DNA from: Candidatus Borrarchaeum weybense
Lineage (GTDB): Archaea > Asgardarchaeota > Sifarchaeia > Borrarchaeales > Borrarchaeaceae
Length of the DNA: 64,000 bases
Direction: 5' to 3'
Assembly: GCA_019057385.1 (NCBI GenBank)
Contig: JAHQJS010000004.1
Coordinates: 1,012,727-1,076,726 of the forward strand
The first letter of the stretch is position 1; each line of letters opens with the position of its first letter. The position numbers and the translations under genes were made by a program. The notes beneath the pieces are model-generated. The model ran no database searches. It had not been told where the DNA came from and worked only from the letters and a program-made list of their open reading frames with translations. Positions 30,169 to 40,668 of this stretch are shown one piece after another.

Positions 30169-31170
30169 ATGAACTCAAGAGAACGAGTTTTAACAACATT
30201 TCAGTTTGAAGAACCAGACCGAGTTCCCCTCTTTGAAGCCTGGATTGAAGGGGTAATAATGGATGCAATTGGTAATGGCGACCCATATAAAACTCGTGAA
30301 AGACTCGGTCTTGATTGTATGCCAATAGCAGTTGGGCATCCTAAAAGCACTAACGCCTGGAAAACCGGAACTGATGAATGGGGGCGGATTTTCAAAAATC
30401 ATTGGTACTTAGGAGGCGTTGTAAAGAGCTTAGATGACGTAGAAACATACTCGCCACCATTAGAGTACGCAGAAGAATGGTTTCCCTCTGAAATGATGAA
30501 AAAAACTAGAAAGATTTATGGAGACACTCATGCACTGTATTATGCGTTCCATGATGTATGCTTAGTCCTATCCTATATGAGCATGGGAATGGAAGATTTT
30601 TTCGTAGCAGTTCATAGAAATCGTGAATTGGTAGAAGCTTTAATTCAAAGAAGCACCGATTGGACGATTGCAATGATCGAGCAAGCTAACGCTGCTGAAG
30701 TTGATTTCATTATGATAGGTGATGATGTAGCAGATAGTAAAGGTCCAATGATTTCTCTCAAAAATTTTCGAGAAATGGTACTTCCCAAATACAAAGAAAT
30801 TGTTTCAGCATCTGAAATTCCACTTATCTGGCACTCAGATGGACAAATTCAACCATTACTGCCCTTTATTATCGAGGCAGGATTCGCAGGAGTTCATGCA
30901 CTTGAACCTGATGTTGGAGTGAATATGGGTAAGATTAAGGAACAATATGGTGATAAATTAGTCCTAGTTGGAAACTTAGATGTTACAAATATTTTAACTC
31001 AATCTGATCTAGAATTAGTCCGTAAGGATGTTAAACGTTGTATCAAGCAAGGTGCACCTGGAGGAGGCTATTTATTTTCTTCATCAAATAGCTTGTTTAA
31101 TGGCATGTATATCGAATCAATTCTTGAAGCCTATCGTTATGCCAAAGAAATTGGCTACTATTCTGGATAA
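30169..31170 (+). CDS. Uroporphyrinogen decarboxylase-family protein (MtaA/CmuA-like)
   Basis: MNSRERV..EEPDRVP, DEWG, GDDVA, HSDG, GNLD, APGGGY. Confidence 0.85.
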   Translation: MNSRERVLTTFQFEEPDRVPLFEAWIEGVIMDAIGNGDPYKTRERLGLDCMPIAVGHPKSTNAWKTGTDEWGRIFKNHWYLGGVVKSLDDVETYSPPLEYAEEWFPSEMMKKTRKIYGDTHALYYAFHDVCLVLSYMSMGMEDFFVAVHRNRELVEALIQRSTDWTIAMIEQANAAEVDFIMIGDDVADSKGPMISLKNFREMVLPKYKEIVSASEIPLIWHSDGQIQPLLPFIIEAGFAGVHALEPDVGVNMGKIKEQYGDKLVLVGNLDVTNILTQSDLELVRKDVKRCIKQGAPGGGYLFSSSNSLFNGMYIESILEAYRYAKEIGYYSG

Positions 31171-31347
31171 ATAGAATATATCTCACTAAATTCATCCAAA
31201 TATGATAAAAGGCGAGAAAATAGACACGGAAGCATTTGTAATTATAAGAAGAAATTCAACATCCTCTTAAGAAGAAGAGATATTTAGAACACTGGAAAAA
31301 AAAGAAAGAGAGAGTATGACCTCTACTGGATAGAAATAGTGGAATTC

Positions 31348-31923
31348 TCACCAGAAGGGCCCTGGATCGAATATTCCACTCCACCAGAACTGTAGATGTA
31401 CTGTCGCAATCCAGGAGAGGAAACAGAACAACCCGCAGTAGTACGCACCGCCTTTTCCGCCGTATCCGTGTGTAAAGAGGAAGAATCCAAATAGCACAAG
31501 GATATAGAACCACAAGTCAATTTGCAACATTGGTTGTGTTCCACCATATGTCCAAGCGGCCACCGAGCAAATAATTTGTGGCACCATTTCTTGTAGACAG
31601 ACTTGCCCTAAAACTTTACCATCGAAACCAAAGGTATTGACCATGAAACCGACAAGCCATGTAACGGCGTACATGAAGGGAATTGCGGCAAAGATAATGC
31701 TAAAGACACCACCTAATGGATTAGCAATGATGTGCCAAAACCCCTGGAAACTTAATGAATAGCAACCAACTAGACAGGTAGCACCGAGCGCTTTACCCTC
31801 TGCTGGGGTAAATTCATAGCCGAGAAAGATAGCGGCACCGATTGCCCATAATGGAAAGATTAAGCCACTCATTCCAATGGCGACAGCGGGTGCGGGTACT
31901 CCAACAGCACCTGTAAATGGCAT
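31348..31923 (-). CDS. AmiS/UreI-family amide/urea channel-like membrane protein
   Basis: About 6 TM segments; FMYAVTWL...FGFDGKVLGQVC resembles the UreI/AmiS signature. Confidence 0.6.
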   Translation of the reverse strand: MPFTGAVGVPAPAVAIGMSGLIFPLWAIGAAIFLGYEFTPAEGKALGATCLVGCYSLSFQGFWHIIANPLGGVFSIIFAAIPFMYAVTWLVGFMVNTFGFDGKVLGQVCLQEMVPQIICSVAAWTYGGTQPMLQIDLWFYILVLFGFFLFTHGYGGKGGAYYCGLFCFLSWIATVHLQFWWSGIFDPGPFW

Positions 31924-32494
31924 TTTTTAGTTCTCCCATATTCCTTTTTTTGTATAATGTTCGTTGTGTATAAATTTACTTATATATAAGCCTTTTCTAA
32001 TATTTTATGCAAAGAAATATTTATATACAAGATCAACCAATCCTCTTGCAAATATTTGTCCAAGGATTATCAAGATGGACATATTACAATATCATAAGAT
32101 TCGTGATGTGAACTAAACCCCTCAAAAGGCGCCATTGCATTTTGTCAGACTTAATTGCTAAAGATATCAATTTGAATGCAATAGAAAAGATCTTTATGGA
32201 CATTGGCGAAATGGATACGTATAGGTTTGTAATGTCCATTTATTAAATGGAGCACGAATCTTTTGATTACACTCCATAAACAGCTCTTCGTAAACAATGT
32301 CTATAAAGCTCACAAAAAAATCTGTAATCCAAGACTAATGAATACACTTTCTGCAATATTATATTGAATTTGTATTGCGCGCCTACATTTTTCACACGCT
32401 TTTGTAGTTAATGTCCTCAGAATCTCTTTAATTTTCTTTCAAAGAATATTTTATTCAAGAGTGGTGTCTCTCCTGAGCGTTTAAGGTAGACTCG

Positions 32495-33130
32495 TTAAAT
32501 TCCAAGAATAAGAATTATTGCGAATGTTATAAGACCTGCGACCACCATCTTCAATCCTGAGATAATTAAATTATCCTTTGAGATGCGACCGAGAAAAACA
32601 CCTAACATAAAAAGTATGGCGATTATTAGAACCATTGATATTTCCATAGCTAGTCTAACAGCACATATATCAAAAAATGATAGATAAATTGGTATTAATG
32701 AAACCTGGGCTGCAACAAAAGGTGCTAAAGCATCAATAATTGCAACGTAAAATGACGAAAAACGAGATGCTTTTACTATAATGGAATCTTCCAAATCTGT
32801 TAGAAGTGATTGCTCTAATTCTTGAACTTTCTTTTTTCTCTCTGCTGCTTCCGCCATATACGCACCAAATAGTCCCGACATGCCCATGGCTATGCTTGAA
32901 CCGAATCCAACACCAATAATAATACGTGCCTCAAAGACTCCCGCAACATACGCACCAACAAGAATTCCTAAGATTGTCAAGCATCCGTCGAACGCATTCA
33001 TAACAAAAAGTCTTCGAGCGATTTCATCAACCTGGGTTATTTCGCTGTAGCGCTTGAATTTTCTACGTAAGTTGTCTATTTTTCCCATTGAGAACACAGC
33101 TTTAATTCTTCGGCGGTGCTTAGAAAACAA
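32495..33130 (-). CDS. VIT1/CCC1-family Fe/Mn transporter-like protein
   Basis: NAFDGCLTILG, IAMGMSGLFGAYMAEAAE; the real start may be the downstream Met (MGKID). Confidence 0.85.
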   Translation of the reverse strand: MFSKHRRRIKAVFSMGKIDNLRRKFKRYSEITQVDEIARRLFVMNAFDGCLTILGILVGAYVAGVFEARIIIGVGFGSSIAMGMSGLFGAYMAEAAERKKKVQELEQSLLTDLEDSIIVKASRFSSFYVAIIDALAPFVAAQVSLIPIYLSFFDICAVRLAMEISMVLIIAILFMLGVFLGRISKDNLIISGLKMVVAGLITFAIILILGI

Positions 33131-33302
33131 AATTGATGGTAATTAATCTTGTTAACTATGTGAGTTTTTGAAATTAAAAAGATTTTCATTACCTCTCTTA
33201 AAAAATAGGATAATCCTAGCCCGTTGTTCTCCCAACGGACTTTTAAAAACGTATTCAAAAACTATTTAAGATTCATCAAATGATAGGTATGCGGAGATTA
33301 AA

Positions 33303-34328
33303 TTGAGAGCGAGTATCCTTGTAAGCGGAAAGGAAAGTTTAAAGTTTCTTAACGGATTCTTACAAATTATCTCTCCAAAAGACGTAGATGTTAACGTAAT
33401 TGTGGATACCTTTGATTTTTTCAATTTTTATGATATTCGCGTCTACCCACAATTAACAAATGTATTGCTGCTTCTTATGAATCAATTAAATGAAACTAAG
33501 TGGACTGGAAAACATAATGATTCACTGGAAATTAGTACTTTTCTTCAGAAAATTGACGAGGATTTTCCCGCAGTGAAAGAACTTGATGAGATGGGGGATC
33601 TTTTTCTTGCACCAAATATTCTCATTACTCATGGCCTTAAAAAAAATCGTCAATTAAGCACTTGCATAAACGAAATTTCAAAAAACATTACAGAAGCATC
33701 AGTTATGCCTCTTTCAAATGATGAACTTGAATTAGAATTAAACTCTAAAGAATTAAGTGAAGGTGAAGAGCCTAGTAAACAAAAAATTTCCATAGCTTCG
33801 ATGTATGATGCATTTGAATCCGTTACACTTTCACAGGAGGCGCAAACTGCGATCTTAAATTCAGAAGTTATTCTTATTCCAAAGCCTCCAGCTAGGTCCA
33901 TATTAGCGATCTTAAGGATCCAACATTTACAAGAAGCCCTAAAAAATGCTGTAGGGCAGATTATTTTTGTTAGTCCAATTACAGAAACAAAACTTGATTC
34001 AGATAGCCTTCTAGCATTTCAAGGGACGGGATTGGCAGCCTCCGCCATTGGACTTTCAAAAGTCCTACGTGGCTTGGTCGATGTTCATGTGATTGACAAA
34101 ATAGAGGAACCTCTCAAGAATCGGATTACGCGCTATGGCATGAAAGTCGTTTCTTATCCCCTTAACCTTGATACACCTAAGAATCAACTGGAAATTGTCG
34201 AAATGGTCTTAAAGTTGACTTCATTTAGAGATATCGTCGAATCATTAGAATATAAAGCCAAAAAAGAGGTTGACTCACTGAAACAGGGCTTAAAAAAACT
34301 TGTTGGTGGACTTAAACGAAAACGATAA
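33303..34328 (+). CDS. Divergent CofD/YvcK-like protein
   Basis: N-terminal ILVSGKESLKFLNGF, VNVIVDTFD, VMPLSND, AILNSEVILI, IFVSPI match the CofD layout, but the GG and GPSNP motifs are lost. Confidence 0.6.
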   Translation: MRASILVSGKESLKFLNGFLQIISPKDVDVNVIVDTFDFFNFYDIRVYPQLTNVLLLLMNQLNETKWTGKHNDSLEISTFLQKIDEDFPAVKELDEMGDLFLAPNILITHGLKKNRQLSTCINEISKNITEASVMPLSNDELELELNSKELSEGEEPSKQKISIASMYDAFESVTLSQEAQTAILNSEVILIPKPPARSILAILRIQHLQEALKNAVGQIIFVSPITETKLDSDSLLAFQGTGLAASAIGLSKVLRGLVDVHVIDKIEEPLKNRITRYGMKVVSYPLNLDTPKNQLEIVEMVLKLTSFRDIVESLEYKAKKEVDSLKQGLKKLVGGLKRKR

Positions 34329-34355
34329 GATATCGAAAAGTTAGGTCGTGGATAA

Positions 34356-34424
34356 ATGCGCGCGAAATGAAAAAAGAAAAAATAACGAAAAATGCAGCGC
34401 AAACGAAGAAAGAAAAGGAAATAG
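34356..34424 (+). pseudogene. Ribosomal protein eL41 (eS32)-like mini-gene with two in-frame stops
   Basis: ATG CGC GCG AAA TGA AAA AAG AAA AAA TAA CGA AAA ATG CAG CGC AAA CGA AGA AAG AAA AGG AAA TAG = MRAK*KKKK*RKMQRKRRKKRK. Confidence 0.6.
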
Positions 34425-34532
34425 TATTGCACAACAACTATTTCAGTTTATCCTAATTTTTCAGACATTTAGATCAAATTTCATGAATAGAATAATTCTC
34501 TTGTAAAATGAAGAAAATATGTAGATATTAAA

Positions 34533-35690
34533 TTGTGTTGTGAATCTATGCGAGTTGCCATTTTCCGTTCAACGCTTCATAAAGGTTCTGGCCAGGTAGT
34601 TCACATTCTTGAATTGGCTAAGCGCTTAGTAAAACTAGGACTAGAAATTGATGTTTTTACAAGAGGATGTGAAATTGAAGCGGATAGAGAAAAAATAAAA
34701 TTAAACGAGATAAAATTCCGTGGATCGACGATTAAGTTTCTTCGAAATATATTAACACCGTTTTACACTAAAGGGTTATTAAGAGACTATTCCCTCGTCC
34801 ACACTATGTACCATCCTGGGATTTATGTTGGCAATTATCTGAATCTCACAGAGACTATGCCCCACGTTTTTACCTATCATGGATTTGCACCCACGTGGAT
34901 ATGGCGCGATATTGGTCAAAAGTTAAAAATGATTGACCATAAGATCGAGACATTCTTTGCATTGAGAAAAGGAAATGACCATATTATTACTGTCTCTAAC
35001 TATTTGAAAAAAGAACTCTGTTCTGTATACAAAGTGTCCCCAAAAAAGATTACCGTCATTTACAATGGTATTGATCTCACCCGGTTCACACCGGAAAATG
35101 TAAAGTATGCACATCAAATTTTAGAGAGATATAAGGTAGAACTACCTGTTATACTATTTTTAGGACGCTTAGCTCCCTACAAAGGTGTGCAATTTCTACT
35201 TAAGGCCGTTCCCCTGATCCTAAAAGAGATCCCTAATGCAAAGTTCCTTATTGCAGGAGGCGCACGTTTTGACATTCTTAATCTAAAGCAGCTTGTTAAG
35301 AAAGAGCATAGATCTTCTGTAATTTTCACAGGTTTTGTTCCAGATGAAGATGTTCCACTCATGTACGCGGCATGTGATGTGTTTTGCTTCCCAAGTTTAT
35401 GGGAGGGGTTCGGCATACCTCCAGCGGAAGCAATGGCAACAGAAAGACCTGTTGTTGCTTTTAACAACTGTGCAGTTCCAGAAGTAGTAAAACAAAATAA
35501 ATGTGGATTCGTAGTTCCACCTAAAAATCATAATGAGTTAGCTAAGGCCGTCATCACTCTTTTACAAGATGAAAAGTTAAGAAAAAAATTTGGCCATGCT
35601 GGAAGAAAACGAGTTGAACGCCTATTCACATGGGAATTAGCTGCAAAAAGAACATTAAATGTCTATAAAAAAGTCTTAAACGAAAGGTGA
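34533..35690 (+). CDS. GT4-family glycosyltransferase
   Basis: FLGRLAPYKG, FPSLWEGFGIPPAEAMA; probable start at MRVAIF. Confidence 0.92.
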   Translation: MCCESMRVAIFRSTLHKGSGQVVHILELAKRLVKLGLEIDVFTRGCEIEADREKIKLNEIKFRGSTIKFLRNILTPFYTKGLLRDYSLVHTMYHPGIYVGNYLNLTETMPHVFTYHGFAPTWIWRDIGQKLKMIDHKIETFFALRKGNDHIITVSNYLKKELCSVYKVSPKKITVIYNGIDLTRFTPENVKYAHQILERYKVELPVILFLGRLAPYKGVQFLLKAVPLILKEIPNAKFLIAGGARFDILNLKQLVKKEHRSSVIFTGFVPDEDVPLMYAACDVFCFPSLWEGFGIPPAEAMATERPVVAFNNCAVPEVVKQNKCGFVVPPKNHNELAKAVITLLQDEKLRKKFGHAGRKRVERLFTWELAAKRTLNVYKKVLNER

Positions 35691-35697
35691 CCTCCTA

Positions 35698-36366
35698 ATG
35701 AGAGGACTGGCTGCATTTGATATGGATGGAACCCTTTTAGCAAAGCGTACAATTGATGTACTGGCTAATGAATTGGATTTTAAGCAAAAGCTTGTGCAAA
35801 TTGATCAAGCGTCAAAAGGCAAATATGCCTATCAAATCAGTATAGAAGTCGCTCGTTTGCTTGAAAATGTTTCCGCTTCTAGAGTTATTGATATTTTTGA
35901 TCAAATAGAAATTCGCCGAGGAGCCCAGCGTCTAATTAATTTTCTAAAAAAAGAAAAGTTTTTAACAGCAATAATTAGCGATTCTTATACCTTTCTTATT
36001 CAACGTCTAGCTAAAAAACTACAGATCGATGAGATCTGGGGAAACATAGTCGAAATAAATGAAGGTCGTCTGACTGGCAAATTAATTACGCAACCCTGCT
36101 GGAGAAATAATGATCCTAGATGCAAAAGACATTCAGTTTGTAAATTACATGCCTTAGAATCAATAATCAACAAATATAATGTGCCTATGGATAGAATAAT
36201 TGCCTTTGGTGATAGTAGTGGCGATATTTGTATGTTGAAACATGCGAAAGTAGCGATAGGTGTCACTCCAACAAACTTTACTCTTACAGAATATGTGGAT
36301 CTAATAGTCGAAAAAGATTTTGTGGAAAGTTGGAACAGCATAATCAGACTAATTTCAAAAATTTAA
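35698..36366 (+). CDS. HAD-IB phosphatase (SerB-like)
   Basis: FDMDGTL, IISDS, K, FGDSSGD. Confidence 0.88.
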   Translation: MRGLAAFDMDGTLLAKRTIDVLANELDFKQKLVQIDQASKGKYAYQISIEVARLLENVSASRVIDIFDQIEIRRGAQRLINFLKKEKFLTAIISDSYTFLIQRLAKKLQIDEIWGNIVEINEGRLTGKLITQPCWRNNDPRCKRHSVCKLHALESIINKYNVPMDRIIAFGDSSGDICMLKHAKVAIGVTPTNFTLTEYVDLIVEKDFVESWNSIIRLISKI

Positions 36367-36499
36367 AAGGAACACTACGATCTTACGTTTGAGTATTATC
36401 CGATTCTACGTCAGAATAAAGAAGCAGAATCAACTATATTTTCATAAAAAGTCAAAAAGACTATATATATAGAGTTAAAGTATCTCTTTTGAGGGACTG

Positions 36500-37801
36500 A
36501 TGATGACCCCATCAGAAAAGAAAAAGTTAGCAATTATACACTATACGGCGCCACATTTGGAACACGGAGGTGTTGAAAGCGTAATTTCTGAGCATACTGA
36601 ACACCTTTGTGAATATTTGGATGAAATTCATCTAATTTTTGGACGTGGTGGAGGCGGATGGGAGGGTAAAAACGTCATTGAACATCAGATCCCAGAATTA
36701 CATGGATTCCATCCAGATATTGTGCTAATACAGGATATTATCTTTCAAAAAGGCTTGTCAGATGAGAATCTAGTAGGCTTTAACAGAATAAAAGAAAGAA
36801 TTAAAACCCGACTGTGTCAAATTCTTGAGGAAAATGAAATAGACAAGATTATAGTCCACAATATCCCTTCAATGCCCTTCAATTTTCCAGCGCTTGTAGC
36901 TATCAACGAAGTCGCTGAAAAATGTAGCGGCAAAATGATATATTGGATTCACGATTCCATAGTATTTCGGGATATGTATCAGGATCGACTCAACCAATAT
37001 CCATTCACAGAAGTACACCATGCACACAAAAATATTGAATACGTCACAATTACTCACTTTAGAGCCATGCAGTTTGCAGAAACAGAACATGAACAATTTA
37101 GGATAGAAGATATCACAGTAATTCCAAATGGAATCGATCTCGATGATTTTTTAAAGTTAGACAAACACACGTTGGAACTTAAAGAACATCTGGAGATTAA
37201 TCACAATGATTATATTATTTTAGTCCCCGTAAGGGTGACTCCTCGGAAAAATATTGAACTTGCGCTCTATGTTGTTAATGAATTGCGCAATCTGATACGC
37301 ACTGGTAATATTAAATTATTGATATCTGGACCGCCTGATAACCAGGCATACATAGCTGGTAAAAAATATATGCGCTACTTGAAAGACACTTCAACAAAAT
37401 TAGGCGTATCTAAAGATGTCATTTTTTGTCATAACCTCATAAGTAAAGAGAGGGTCAGGAAGGAAGGTCGGATTATCAAATGGGGTATCTCTGACATTTA
37501 TAATCTTGCAGATATAGTCTTTGTTCCCAGCAAAGAGGAAGGCTTTGGTTTGCCAATCATTGAGGCTGGTGCAAGTCGAAAACCATTATTTTGTAGTCGA
37601 ATAGACCCTTTCGAAGAATTAGTAAGGGACAACATTGAAGCATATATGTTTGGTTTAGATGAACCCCCTAAAACAATTGCCTTTCGAATTCATAGATTTC
37701 TTATCTCTAGTGCTGTGGATCTGAATTTCAGAAACGTCTTGCAAAACTTCATGTGGTCAAAAATCGTCAAAAATAAGGTTTTACCTCTGTTATTCAGTTA
37801 A
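36500..37801 (+). CDS. GT4 glycosyltransferase (mannosylglucosylglycerate synthase-like)
   Basis: IIHY...GGVESVI, HNIPSMPFN, PVRVTPRKNIE, PSKEEGFGLPIIEA. Confidence 0.75.
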   Translation: MMTPSEKKKLAIIHYTAPHLEHGGVESVISEHTEHLCEYLDEIHLIFGRGGGGWEGKNVIEHQIPELHGFHPDIVLIQDIIFQKGLSDENLVGFNRIKERIKTRLCQILEENEIDKIIVHNIPSMPFNFPALVAINEVAEKCSGKMIYWIHDSIVFRDMYQDRLNQYPFTEVHHAHKNIEYVTITHFRAMQFAETEHEQFRIEDITVIPNGIDLDDFLKLDKHTLELKEHLEINHNDYIILVPVRVTPRKNIELALYVVNELRNLIRTGNIKLLISGPPDNQAYIAGKKYMRYLKDTSTKLGVSKDVIFCHNLISKERVRKEGRIIKWGISDIYNLADIVFVPSKEEGFGLPIIEAGASRKPLFCSRIDPFEELVRDNIEAYMFGLDEPPKTIAFRIHRFLISSAVDLNFRNVLQNFMWSKIVKNKVLPLLFS

Positions 37802-37854
37802 TTTAGTATCTAACTCTCTGTTATCTTTGAGTTCTTAGTGAACTGATGGAAAAA

Positions 37855-39126
37855 TTAACTAACAAGTGTTTCAGTCACTTTCAATTGAATTTCATCTGCA
37901 AATGCTTCGAGTTCTTTTCCTTCAGCATATGCCTTTTTTAAAAGTTCGACTCGTAATATCATAAACTGCATACAGACTGTAACGAGACAACGACCGATAA
38001 ATCCGTAATTTGTCTTATCTATCTCTGATATGAGTTTTCTAAGCAACGTTCCATGGTTCTGACAAACAATGTCTAAATTCGTCACATTAAGCGCTGTTTC
38101 AAAATAGCCAGGACGTATTGAGACAAGTTTTTCATATTCGTCCTTTCTTTCCTTATTATATTGTACAATTATTTTTTTATAGGGATCAGTATCAATTGGC
38201 TTATGTTCAATCTCTTCTTCTAGGTCACCATAAGTTGGTGGGTTTTTTGGAATCGTTGGTGTTCGTTTATTGATATCTAAAAGTGCAATCATCCGTGTAA
38301 TTCCACCGATCAGTTCGTTGAACATTTTTTCAATTGTACCAACACCCGCATCATCATATCTTAGAGCACTTCGATCTACCTTTGGTGTTACTTTCGCAGC
38401 ACAGCATTTGGCGTTGTGTTCCAAAAGACTTAATACAACAATTGACGTATCAATGGCCCATGTTCTGTAATTGTCGATGGAACTCTCAAGAGAATTGGAT
38501 AATTTGATAAACATATTTGGAGAGATATCGATAGTGTTATCCAATTCTTCTTTTATTTGCTCTTCGTTTTGAATATTAAATAGTTTTTTCGCTAAGTTTT
38601 TTGTAAGTAAATAGTAACCTGAAATAAACCCAGGCACGTTGTAATCGAGATAACATGTAAAATAGACTAGCAAGGAGTTTGTTATTAATCCTGAAAATGC
38701 CGAACGCGGCATATCAACAAAACAAATATCTGCATCGTATTTTTTTATTGATTCAAGCATATGAGGAAACTTACCTTCAGGGATGGTTTCATCGCCATCC
38801 ATGAAACCAACGAAATCACAACCATTTAAATACGCTATAATGGCACCGTTTGACATCGAATGGCCTTTTGTGCAATAACCTGAATATTTGGAATCTAGAG
38901 GTTCTTCTAGTATGCGGAGCGGTAACCGATGTTTTTTTCTCAATTCTTTTATAACTGAAACGGCATTCTGTTTATTTGGATCAAAAATAGTTACATAAAA
39001 TTTTACATCATAACTTGATTCTTTAAATTCTTCGTGAATCTTCAGAATACTTTCTGCCAAATCATTAGGGGTACAATCTTCGTTAATATATGCGGAATAA
39101 CAGACTCCAATCGTTCTACGTTCCAC
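37855..39126 (-). CDS. GT-A fold glycosyltransferase (glucosyl/mannosylglycerate synthase-like)
   Basis: TKG..GFMDGD DxD, GLITNSL, WAIDT; adjacent to gpgS. Confidence 0.6.
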   Translation of the reverse strand: MERRTIGVCYSAYINEDCTPNDLAESILKIHEEFKESSYDVKFYVTIFDPNKQNAVSVIKELRKKHRLPLRILEEPLDSKYSGYCTKGHSMSNGAIIAYLNGCDFVGFMDGDETIPEGKFPHMLESIKKYDADICFVDMPRSAFSGLITNSLLVYFTCYLDYNVPGFISGYYLLTKNLAKKLFNIQNEEQIKEELDNTIDISPNMFIKLSNSLESSIDNYRTWAIDTSIVVLSLLEHNAKCCAAKVTPKVDRSALRYDDAGVGTIEKMFNELIGGITRMIALLDINKRTPTIPKNPPTYGDLEEEIEHKPIDTDPYKKIIVQYNKERKDEYEKLVSIRPGYFETALNVTNLDIVCQNHGTLLRKLISEIDKTNYGFIGRCLVTVCMQFMILRVELLKKAYAEGKELEAFADEIQLKVTETLVS

Positions 39127-39210
39127 CGTTTCAACTCCAAAACGTTTTCAAAACTGTACACATTCATCCATTTATTTGCTGTGACAAAATTAAAGTGGAT
39201 TTTCTTTGTC

Positions 39211-40668
39211 CTAAATCAAGCCTACTGCATGTATACGTGACCAGGTACTTTGAATGCTCCTTCTTCTTAACATTTCACGAATTTGAAAGTACGCATCTGT
39301 TTCTTTTTCAATCATTCGCCAAGGTGGTAGGTAAAGCGTTTTTCCTTCGCTTTCAAGCCACTTTTTTATTAACAGTGCTCGAATAATTTCAGTATATTTG
39401 TTGATCCTTTCTGTTTCCTCCTCTAATGAGAATACAAACTTTTTTTTAATGAATTCTTCGAATTTATTTTGAAGTGTTTCAACTGTATTCGCATCGGCTT
39501 CTAACATTTCTTTTGCTGTAATTTCATATTCTGAAAGTATTGTTTTGAGTAAATCTTCTTGAGAGAAATCTATACCATGCGAATGAAGATGATCTTTCAA
39601 TGTCATGATAATCTGTTCGGACATTTTCCACAAACCAGTTAAGGACTGTCCTATGTGCTGGAAAAGTCCAAGATCGACTTGCGCTAGAGGAATTATACCT
39701 ATCGTTTCACATAATTGTAGCAGAGTTGAGATTTCAATTCCATAATGATATGGAATCCGTAACATTTCAAGAACGTCTCGTGATAGGGCCGCTTCACCAG
39801 AAAGTGGATATCTAAAAGTTTCGATTCCTTCAAATACATTGAAATGATTTGCAATCACTTTCATTAGTGGCTTTGCGAGAAGACGAGTGACACGTCCTCC
39901 GAGTTTTGTTACATCACTTTTATCGCTTAATCGTGTTGTCAATCTATGATAATAGGCTTTTACATATTTAATCGCGGAATCTTCTACGGTTTTTGTATAA
40001 ATGATCGGGTGGCATAAGCCGACAACAAACTCCTTTTTAAAACCCTTTATGTCTGAATCTACGAAGCATACGACGTCACCGATAGTAATCGGGGTTGATA
40101 GCCATATCCCTGCGCCTTTACCTGGAGGGACGCCAAATCTCCCAGCAACGTTAAATGCCCCATATTTTGCTAATACTTTACCCATATTCTCATCAAACTG
40201 ATTTACAACCTTTAAAACAAAATCAAAAAAGCCTTTCTTCGCTTTAATGCGTTCACTCATGTAGGCATTTAACAATTTAATCTGTTCTTTGAATAACCCT
40301 AATTCCTCAGATGCCGTTTCAACAACTTTTTCTAGAACCGTATATGAAGGCTTCCCTTGGCTATCTGTTGAGCCATCAATTACAATTATTTCGTCAAGAT
40401 ATCCAAGATCTACAAGTTTGCTACATTCTGACAAAACTTCACCAAGAACCTTTAATTCTAACTTTCGAGTCTCTCCATTCTCAATGTCTATTTTAGTAGG
40501 AATAATTAAACTAATGCTAAGAGGTCGATTAAGGTTGGCCTCATCTAAAACAAGCGTATTTAACTTTAGAGAGATCGCTTCATCAAGGGATATCTTTTCA
40601 TAATGGCCCAAATCTAAAACTCGTTTTTTCCATTCAAATCTAGTGTCCAACAATTTATTCTCTCCCAA
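39211..40668 (-). CDS. gpgS: Glucosyl-3-phosphoglycerate synthase (GT81)
   Basis: ISLIIPT, DEIIVIDG, GKGAGIW, FVDSDI, VKAYY, GGRVTRLLAKPL, YPLSGE, YGIEI, AQVDLG. Confidence 0.85.
   Translation of the reverse strand: MGENKLLDTRFEWKKRVLDLGHYEKISLDEAISLKLNTLVLDEANLNRPLSISLIIPTKIDIENGETRKLELKVLGEVLSECSKLVDLGYLDEIIVIDGSTDSQGKPSYTVLEKVVETASEELGLFKEQIKLLNAYMSERIKAKKGFFDFVLKVVNQFDENMGKVLAKYGAFNVAGRFGVPPGKGAGIWLSTPITIGDVVCFVDSDIKGFKKEFVVGLCHPIIYTKTVEDSAIKYVKAYYHRLTTRLSDKSDVTKLGGRVTRLLAKPLMKVIANHFNVFEGIETFRYPLSGEAALSRDVLEMLRIPYHYGIEISTLLQLCETIGIIPLAQVDLGLFQHIGQSLTGLWKMSEQIIMTLKDHLHSHGIDFSQEDLLKTILSEYEITAKEMLEADANTVETLQNKFEEFIKKKFVFSLEEETERINKYTEIIRALLIKKWLESEGKTLYLPPWRMIEKETDAYFQIREMLRRRSIQSTWSRIHAVGLI

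Noticed and set aside
34356-34424. Genome-wide TGA-to-Trp reassignment
   Set aside because: TGA ends ordinary genes here (for example acdA at 25479 and GT4 at 35690), TGG is used for Trp, and the mini-gene also contains a TAA
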